Below are positions 45,542-56,400 of a stretch of 64,000 nucleotides of DNA, piece by piece; the stretch's first letter is position 1; each line of letters starts with the position of its first letter. Origin of the DNA: Lingula anatina (taxonomy: Eukaryota > Animalia > Brachiopoda); the NCBI GenBank assembly GCA_051362555.1, contig CM120642.1, positions 9,238,001-9,302,000 of the forward strand, in the 5' to 3' direction. The position numbers were made by a program, and so were the translations under genes. Under the pieces are notes generated by a model that had not been told where the DNA came from, made no database searches, and saw only the letters and a program-made list of their open reading frames with translations.

Positions 45542-48500
45542 AGCAATGTCAGCTAATTAAGCTGGGATATATCCTAGCATTTTTTGCTAATTAACAAACT
45601 TTTATAGCCAAAATCAATAACTTATTGAGGGGAGCAATTTTATTATTATTATTAGTGTTCATTTTTAATTTTCAGCTAAATTTATATATTTGCCATTCAC
45701 TATATATATAAGTATGCTAGTCTTAGGTCCTGAAAGAATATATCTGTTGGAAGGACTGAGAGCACAGCATGTTACTGGTATATTTGGAAAAAAATTGTTC
45801 ACTGCTGGTAAAGCCAAGTCAGTTTTTACCAGGTTCATACATGAAAAAGTATGGCCAGTGTAAACTGTCTTTAGGAGAGCATTTATATTTTTAGAGTGTA
45901 ACTAATTAAGTACATGATTGTTTGTTGTCAATTCTCTTTTATTTTAAACTCATTGTTCTTAGTCTGTGTTACAATATTATATGATGTTTGAAAATGGGAC
46001 ATTACTATGTGATGGTATTCTGAACATTTGAATCATTGCTCCAAATAAGTGGTTCTCTTTTCAAATATTCCACAACTGCAAGAAAGCCATTGCTTGCTAA
46101 TTTTTCATGTTGTTTTTCTAATCCAAATCAAATTGTTAATGTTGTAGTTGTTCAGGTTTCTGCAGGTAGGAATTGTGTCACGATGTACTAGGACAATCTC
46201 ATAGTGAGTGTGCCATTTTATATCCTTATATTTATACATGTATAACCTTTTTTTCTGTCGTCAGTGTGCCATTTTTATTTCATTTATGTAGAGATACCAG
46301 TAAGATTTCTTAATAAGTAGTAAATACTGGATTAATTTACAGTCATATATACCTCAAATTATCCTAGCAATACATTATTTAAGCCAACAAATATATATCA
46401 TTTCCTTTCATGTTATGGGAAGCAGGTATTTCATTATTGTTCTTATTAGCGTCCTTGTCAGTGCTGACTTTTGTGAGGATGTTTCACATAATTAAGGACA
46501 TTTTCAGTCCAGGAAATGGTTTAAAAAAAAAAGGAATCCTGTAACATGTACCGGTAGATAAAGAAATGGCTTCTATTTTAAATCAATTAGATGGCCTTTT
46601 TAAAGGACCAAGAAAAATTCGACCTAAAATTAAAGACCTTTTGTGAAACTGGTCTTCCTGGTCTATCTCTTTTTATTCACATAATTTTGAAGTTCATTAG
46701 CTGTGTTGGTCAAATCTTGTATACAAGTGGGTACTTCTTTTCATGCAGGCTCAAAACAGAATTCAAGCGACGCATCAAAAGAAACACTGTAAACAATGCT
46801 CTTCAAGGAAGATTTTGCGACTGACAATCTCGTTTCGATTTTTTGAAATGGTCAAAATATACTAATTTAGGTAGTTTTAATGATCAAAACAGCTTGAAAA
46901 GTGTAAACACTTTATTTTCAGCATTTTCAGCATTGGTTACACTGCTTGGGGAAATTAGAAAAGCAAAGAACAAATAGTAAAAAAAATATTATACTTTCTT
47001 TTATGATATTGAGATTTAAGGGAGCCAAACAGGTTTATCAGTTGTACAACTAGCCATCTTCAGAGATTTTTTAAAGTCTTCTACTGAAAAATTATTTAAA
47101 ATCCATGCATTAAGTGATATTATGTAAAAAAATATTCAGAATGAAGAATAAATTGGTTTTCACATCCAGTAGTATGTTACTGTTGAAAGTGAGGCTACTA
47201 ATTATGTAGTGTGACTTGTCATGATCTAAACATCAACTATAATTTTGTGCAAGTATTAATTTGAAAATATAAAAGTTATTTATAGCCAAAGGATATCATG
47301 AGGAAATGTGTGTTATTGTTTTCATTTTTTTCTCTTTCATGTTACTTTTTCAATACAATTAGATCATGAGTAAAACAGCACCCAGGACTTCAAAAAAAAA
47401 AAAAAAAAAAATTAAATGCATGCTATCACACTTGAACTAACAAGGGAAAGTTACATTTATTCATTGTAATGTACAGTCTTATAATTATATAATAAAGAAC
47501 GATTAAAAAACAGTTCTTATCAACCAAACTGCTATCAATCTTTGATATCACAAGTGTACAACCATGAGACATTATTAAGAAATAGAGCAAGTTATAACAA
47601 ATGCAACAGCAAAAAACAAAAACAAATTTTATCTAGACAAAGTGGAGGAAAATTCATACAAATATCTTGTCCCAAGTAAGTGAAAAACCTTTCCATTGTT
47701 AAAAAATTAAAATGCCCATTCCTAACAGTGATTTATAAAATGTTTGAATGGACTTAAAGTGACACTGGTAAAAAGAATGTTATATGAGACTGATACAGAA
47801 GAAATCCAAATGGGAGGAATTCGATAGTGCAATCATCTTCCTATATAATTAAAGAGAAATAAACAACACAAACCACATAAGTGTAAATTACAGTCAGTTC
47901 TACAAATGATACCAACATGCACTCAATTTAAAAACAACTGTCATCTTCATGATTTAACTCCACCCCCCCCCCCCAAAAAAAAAAAAATAAATAAATAAAA
48001 ATTAAAAGAAATAACAGTAGGCATCCCTCCCCCCTCCCAGCATTTCTATAAAGTTGCCTCTTTGTAAGTAACTACTTAATTACCTTCTTTTTGACTTTCT
48101 TGGTCCCTACTAATCTTTTGTGCCTAGGACATATTAATTTTCTTATATATGTACAAGATCTTTAAACTGTAAGATTCTTTTTGTCATCCTACTTCATTTA
48201 AATCATTAAAAAATGTCTATGCAAAGGTAGAGGACACAAAACCCCACTTTCTGTCAATCAATCCACTACAGAAAATTTTCTCTGTGACATTGTGGGTGCA
48301 TCAAGTTGATCTAACACATTCAACACTTTGGTAAATAATCAGTAAGACCCTACTAGTATGTGTGTTAAGCGGATAGCTTTGAGTGTTAAGCTGAAGGGGG
48401 TATCACAGGAGGGGCAGGTGCCCTGACACTAGTTTAAGGGGCTACAGGTGAGAACATTCCATTACCTTTTAGCTCACAGCCCAAAATACAATTTAGAGCC

Positions 48501-50386
48501 TATTTCCATAGATGTGCCATTGATATCAAGGGCTATTAAGCAGTTCTTCCTGCCCATTTTCTATATAAGGTATTGTGCACCTCCACATGCCACAGAAAAA
48601 AAATCTATAGTCATGATAACAAAAAAAAAAAAAAAAAAAAAAAAAATTTATGAACACAAGTCAACATCATCATCTTAATGGAGAAAAAGAATTTTGATGT
48701 CTGGTCATAATTTCATATCAGCTAAAAAGAGACAAACTATCCATGTAAGCAGTGCTAATAACAAACTAAAACCCTTTGATAACAAATCATAATAGTGAAT
48801 ACTACGAACTATAAAGACAAATAACAATGCTATACAGTAAAAGTGAATCTCAGAGCAGCCAAGAGCGTGAATATCTTTTCCCTGAGCCACAGAACATTGT
48901 GCAGTGATTGCTTGCTAATCAATATTTTTAATGAGGTAAAACAGACAAAACATGTTAGCTAAGAAAACCTTAGCAGGGGGGGTACATTTTTTTACACTGT
49001 GAACAATCTTTTTTGCAGATATTCGATAATCTGAATACCACAATTTAAACCTTCTGTTAATTATGAAGGGAAGTATATATTAATGCTAGTACACTGATAA
49101 AACCGTCAGATTTAGAAAAAGATGCTGATTTTATTTTGGGAAGTTGCAAGGGTGGCCTTTTTAACAATATCTAATGAGCCAGTTAAATATGTTTTGTATG
49201 TGACACTGTTAATGGTGCCTCAACCCAGCAGCAAATAAGGCTGTATATGTAAACTGAATAGACGGAGTGTAACATGCACTAAATAAATTCATATCATTAA
49301 ATACAGCAGGGGCAACAAATATGCAATGTCAAAAGAAAAATAGTTTTAAAATGTATGTTTAAAATAAGTTCTCAATAATAAGATAAAAATAATTTGTTCT
49401 GCATTCTATTTTGACACCACATAGGAGACAAAAAGCCTTGAGTAAATTGTATTTAACCACAATGAGTGGTAATGTGCCATAATAACTATAATATTAGTAC
49501 ATTTTCTAAATGTCTGCAATTGTCTATTCATCACAGAGAAGTTGAACTAAACCAACATCTTACAATGCATGTGTACTACTTATTAACACATTTTTACTAT
49601 ATTAACACAGTTAAAAAATGTTTAGTTCAACAATTATTTAATAATGCATATACTGCAACTGAAGTTCAGTCCAACACATTCAAAAAGTGCATTTAGTTAT
49701 TTTAATTGATTTCTTTGAAATTCTACTTGCTTGTTCCAACATTTTAAAATCAAACTTCCTACCCGTGAACTGTATCTCACACACTGTTAATTGCAAAGTA
49801 AGTATCTCTTCTAGGCAGTGTGCCAATTTCAAACCTAATGACAAATACACAGTATTTGGAAAAATACACAAACACAATAAGAAGAGGGAAGTTAGAGGTA
49901 TGTGTCACAGTATATCATTCTATCAAATGTCTCTACACTCATTCCATCAAATGTCTCTACACTCATTCTAGCATTTTGCTAGAACAGGGACCAGTTGCTG
50001 GTCACTTAGCTGCATTTCCTTGTTTTTGTATCTTGGAATACACTCCCTCTTCCATCCAATTGTCAGCAACAGTCAAATTCTAATTCAGTCATGATAATAA
50101 ACCAAGAACAGGCTTAACCTTCTGTTCCTATTTGCATGATGCACACCACTATGGACATGCTCTTGTACTTTTTCTCTACAAACACGTCATAAATCAAAAT
50201 TCTCAACCTGAAAACTAGTATAGAGAATTTTGCTGATTCTTTTTAGTGCATTCTACTTTAACTTGAACTATATCCCTTTCCTTCAGTGAGTTTTCTTTTT
50301 GGTTCATTTACATGTACTATGACACCTCTATCCTATCATAATGAGCATGACTTTTCAGAACATAAAGGTGCCATCTCAGGATAGTT

Positions 50387-51974
50387 TCACCTTTGGTTGC
50401 CATTCTCCACTTCTTCCTCTTCTAATGTCACATCCACATTAAAGACATCAATGGGACTGTCCCCAGTGTCCTGTAGTCTCCTGAGTTTGTCACCAACTTT
50501 ACTCCACCGTCTCTTGTTACTGAGCACTGCCTGGTGCACCTCTTCTGCCAAGGGAAACAGTTTTGACAGCAAACTGAAATGGCGACCAAATTAAATTTTA
50601 GCCCATGAGAAAAGTAACCCAGAATCAAAATTATAGTATGTACTTGATAATATTTATCAACAATGGAATGATAAATTCTCACTAGTCTGCTCAGACTCGT
50701 AGCTTGGAAAAAACTTTTACAAGTCTGATGCTAGAATTACAGGGGCTCCAAATGTCTTGAAATTCTGGGTATAACGTCACTGACTTATAACACTACACAT
50801 GATGTATGAATAACCTGTAAACAGGTAGAGCAATCCCATCAAGGAAGCCTATTTGTAGTTCTGGAATGCAGGCTCTCTCTCTGTCCATCATTGGACTGGG
50901 TTCTCTGCCAAGAGCACGCTCCAGATCACCCTGGGAGAAGAATTCCTTGTATATCAACCTCTGAAATATAAATCATTAAACTTAAATTGGCCAAGTGTAT
51001 ATTTCTAAGACATTCAGCAAATTTAAAAAAAAATTAAAATCTGTTCTCAAAACTGAAAAAAAAAATACATAGTTTGCTTACAGGCATGTTTTTTTTCTAT
51101 TTAATACTTTTTTAAAATGACCTTCCAAAATGTTTGTACATTACAAAGAAAGATCAACAAAATGACCATACAATGTCTATACATATCATACAAAAAATTT
51201 CCTCTCAACTTTTTTACATTTTGAAAAAAAAGTCCCACAGTCTCAATTTATCATGTCTAAGTAATAAACAATTTTTGGGGAAAAAATTTCATTAACACCT
51301 ACAGCAATTTTCTGTGAGTTTTTCCAGTACTTTGTTTGGTCAGATAAGTCACAGGCTGTCATGAGGAGACACAGGAGGAGCTCGTGATGACGCATATTGT
51401 CTTTATTATACCCCACTGATAGAACAAATAAAACACTTATTATCAACAAATTCAAACACTTCATAAAATCTAAATTAAATAATTTTATATTTTCATCAAC
51501 TCAGAAAAAGTACTTAGTGGCATGAAACTAGTGATTTTCAGAGTTTTCAAATAACTTTTTTCTGGTATAATTAACAAAATATTATTCAGACAAAAAATAA
51601 CTTAAAATGAAAACATCTATACAAGTACATCTATTCATGGAGCACTTTTCTTATTATCAACAGCACCAGAGATCAAACCAAATAATACAAACTGTAGTTG
51701 GAGCAGTTAATAAATACTGTGTCTTAAGGACAGACACCAAATAATATAAACTGTAGTTGGAGCTGTTAATAAATACTGTGTCTTAAGGATAGAGTGCCTA
51801 CAAACCTTCAGCCATGACCTCCAGATCTTTGATTATTCCCAGGTGATGTGCCAGATCAGTGGCTAGGATAATATCTCGTATTGAGTCAAGAACCCGTTCA
51901 TATTCCTGGAACAGATCACAAATCATCATCAAAAAAGAATACACAATGTCCCAATCCAGGCTGGCAGGAAGCAT

Positions 51975-52015
<41 letters not shown>

Positions 52016-53440
52016 ATGCATGTGTGTGTGTACGTGTGTGTCTGTGTGTGGGGCTACTCTAGGTACTTTGCCATTTCTCAGGTTGGGTCAACTACAGTAT
52101 AGTAAATATTTTATGTTTATTGTGCTTAATAACGTAATTTTATTTTCAACTAAAAAAAAACTAGAGGATCAGAGAGGCGATACCGCCTCCGAATATTGTA
52201 CCACCAGCTGGAGCAAGCGCATTCGTATAGACCCCCACATACACAAAATAAGGGACACAGCCACCAGTTTTGTGCTTGACAAGCTGTAAAAATGCAATCA
52301 ACAAGAATTTTAAAACTATTGCAAAAAATATATATGGTACAATCAAATTTAAGTTCTTCGTAAGGTAGGTCAAGGGTCAATTTCAAGGTCACAGTAAATT
52401 GCCAGTATATGACTTCCTATTCAAGTTCAATAGTAACTATGGACCTATCTCTGCCAGTTTTGGAGATAAAAGGGAAGCAAAATTTGCAAAATTCAGTTCA
52501 TGGTGAAAAGTAGGTCAAAGGTCAATTTTAAGGTCACATTTAGATTGCCAGTATATGACTTCCTATTCAAGTTCAATAGTAACTATGGACCTATCTCAGC
52601 CAGTTTTGGAGACAAGGCAGCAAAGCTGTCAAATGTACAGACAAAAAACAGAAAATAAAGATGCAAAAAAGGTCATTTTGTCAATTTTGATGCAATAATA
52701 AATAATGCTTATAATAGCACTGTCAGTCAACACTGAATTTTAATCTTGCACAACAGGTGACATGGTCAATAACAGGAGCGGACCCAGAGATATTTTCTGA
52801 CAGTATTACAAAGTATCTATGTTGATCCATCCTCCATTTTGATGGTCTTCCAACAGAAAAAAATAGATACCAGTCAATATAAACTTAATAACCTGACTGT
52901 CTTCCGGAAGACCCAGAAGATGGTCTCAATCCACCCCTTCAATAAGATTACAGTTTCAGGACCATGAGAGTTCAAATTCACATTATGAAAGTCTCAATAT
53001 TTGAAAAATGATGACAGTGCATAAAATAATATTACATAATGTCTAAAGACATAAAAAACAATACAACTGCTTATGTAGAAATACAGAAAATGTGTAGAGC
53101 TAAAAGTCACAAATGCAAGTGTTTGAGAAAAAATTATAAAGAAAAACAACAAAACTAGAAAAGCACTTTGAGAGTGCAGACCTCTGCCAAGGCAGCAATT
53201 GTTGATTATTATTGATAATTGATTGATTATTGATCCGGACCACCACCAAAAATTAATCATTGTCCTCTTTGGCCCACTTCTGACAGTTCCTGAAAATTTC
53301 TGCAAAATCAGTCCATAACTTTTTGTGTTATGTGGATGACAGACAAACAGGGGTGAAAATATAACCTCCTTGGCAGAGCTTGAGGTAAATATAATTCCAA
53401 TGAAGCTGCTATTCAAACTTTTAATCTTCCAGTTTGATAT

Positions 53441-53474
<34 letters not shown>

Positions 53475-56400
53475 TTAAAACTTATTTGCAATATTAAACA
53501 AAATTTACCTGCATAATTATCACTGCTTCCTTATTATTAATCTAGCAAAGAGCTTTACCTTTGGGAGTTTACAGGGAAATATCAACAAGTGTGCTTTACG
53601 TAATCTCATTTAATGGCCTATAAAGCAAATGACTTTATAACTCTGAAATTAATCTAGTGATACCCAAGGGTAATTTACAGACTGACCCACTCAAAGGTCT
53701 TCAGGCCCATAAGTCACACCTTAAGAAAAGCACAAAACCATAATGCCCAAAATAGGAGAATACCAATCCTGATGCAATAATACATTATGTTTAACTGCAC
53801 AGTCAACATCAACTTATGCACAACAGGTAACACAGACAAAAGTAAAAGCATAAGGCTTCAGGCCCATCAGAGTTCAAGTTTATACTTAGAAAGTGCCAGA
53901 TTGAGAAAAATGAAAATTTCACAAAAAATGCATAAATACAATAAACATGATAATCCAATAGAGCTGGTTTTCTCATGAGCTGAAGGCCAATCCTAAAAAT
54001 CGTACTTGTAAGTTTAAAATTATAATAAGTAGCACAGTTTTCTTTTCATAATGTTTGCAGTAGCAGTGCGAAAAGATTGTCAATTTTGATGTAACATTAC
54101 ATAATAAATTAGAGAATAATTATCACCAATTTTTGTTTATTGACTATAAATAGGATGGACATGTAGAAAATATGATTACCATTTGGCTTCATGTCCATGG
54201 GAGCTCCGAGTCCCACAATGAATATGCCAAAAAAGATAATGAATATAACACTAAAATGTATAACTTCCAGAAAAAGAAGCCAATTAGACTGCTTTTCTAA
54301 CTCAGGCTGCATTTTAGTCCTGTGTTTCTTTTTTGAAAGTTTGACAGTCATAAGTAACACGGTTTTTCCATAATGGTCATCAAGGCAGCAGCACCAAAAA
54401 TTGTGTTTTCTTCTATTTTGATGCAACATTACATAATGCTTAACAGCATAATGACCATCGATTTTTAATAATAAAATATAAGTGTCATGGATTTTCACAA
54501 AATGTGACTAGCACGGGTCTTCAAGCCCGTGGAGGTTCTAAGTCGCACCTTGGAAATGTCAATATGTGAAAAATTAAATTTTCACAAAAAACTGTTTAAT
54601 TGCCAGAAAAATTTACCAAACAGACTGCATTGCCTACTGAAGCTGTATTTTAGACCCATGTTTCTTTCCTGTAAGTTTGAGAACAGTAATTGACATGATT
54701 TTTGTTAAATGGTCATCATGGGAGCAGTGCCCAAAATAGGGGTTTCTTCAAATTTTGATGCAACATTACATAATGTTTAACAGCATAATGACCATCAATT
54801 TTTAATTATAAAATATTGGTATCACGGATATTCAGGAAATGTGACAAGCAAAGGTCGTCAGGATCATGGAACTTCAAAGTCACACCTTGAAAATGCCAAT
54901 AAGTGAAAAATTAAATTTTCACAAAAAAATGTTTAATTGCCAGAAAAATTTACCAAACAGACTGCATTGCCTACTGGAGCTGTATTTTAGTCCCATGTTT
55001 CTTTCCTGTAAGTTTGAGAACAGTAAGTGACATGATTTTCCTTAAATGGTCATCATGGGAGCAGTGCCCAAAATAGGGGTTTCTTCAAATTTTCATGCAA
55101 TATTACATAATGTTTTACGGCATAATGACCATCAATTTTTAATTATAAAATATTAGTATCATGGTTATTCAGAAAATGTGACTAGCAAAAGCCTTCAGGC
55201 CCATGGAACTTCAAAGTCACATATTGAAAATGCCAAAATGTAAACAATACAGCACTGTTCTGAAATGGGTTTATTTCCATTTTTAACACTTTTTAAACAT
55301 AAAACAAAATAAACAGTTTACTGCCATTTTTATATGACCAATGAAGAAAATTGATGAGATGGGAAAAGTATCAATAGAACAGTTTTAAATGCCCAACTTC
55401 CTCCATTCTGAGATTCTGAACATAGTGGATGAATGCATCTGACAAACTGCAATGATATGAGTTTATTTCCATTTTTGACACTTTATTACACAATACATGA
55501 TAACAAGTTTACCATCATTTTTACAAAATCAACTAACAATGTTGTAAAGATGCAGGAAATGCCAAACAAACACATTTACGTATCTTATTAGTTCAATAAT
55601 GAGACTGTTAACATGCCTAAGAATTGAATGTGAGGAAATGTGAAAAAACAGCATTACCTTTTAAAATAATGGACTGATTATGCTGATTTTCAAACTCAAC
55701 CTGCGTTTTAGTAAGATTGGCCTCTCCTGTGAGTATAATGACAATTGGCCAATCTGTTTTTCTTATATTGTGTTATCAGTGTTGCATATATACTGAAAAA
55801 AGTGAAAAAAAAACAGCATAAATTCCCTATAAGTGACCCGATCGTGCTGATTTTCAAACTTGACCTGCGTATTATGAATATTTATCAGTTCTGTAAGTTT
55901 CAAGCCAAAGGGTAAAACAGCTCTTCATTTATTGTGTTATCAGTGTTGCAAAAATGCTGAAAAAAAGTGAAAAAATAGCCTAAATTCACTAAAAATGACC
56001 CAATCATGCTGATTTTCGAACTTGACATGCGTATTATGAATATTCATCAGTTCTGTAGGTTTCAAGCCAAAAGGTCAAATGGTTTTCCATTTATGGTGTT
56101 ATCGGTGCTGCATATATGCTGAAAAAAGAGAAAAAATAGCCTAAATTCACTAAAAATGACCCAATCACGCTGATTTTCGAACTTGACCTGCGTATTATGA
56201 ATATTCATCAGTTCTGTAAGTTTCAAGCCAAAAGGTAAAATGGTTTTCCACTTATCGTGTTATCGGTGCTGCATATATGCTGAAAAAAGTGAAAAAACAG
56301 CATAAATTCCCTATAAGTGACCCGATCATGCTGATTTTCGAACTCGACCTGCGTATTATGAATGTTCATCAGTTCTGCAAGTTTCAAATCAAAAGGCAAA

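Noticed and set aside
50387-50392. 'AG|GTGAAA' at the PDE2 stop as a splice donor to a further exon
   Set aside because: The frame ends in TGA at a plausible position after the catalytic domain and no convincing downstream exon was found. It cannot be fully excluded without RNA data.
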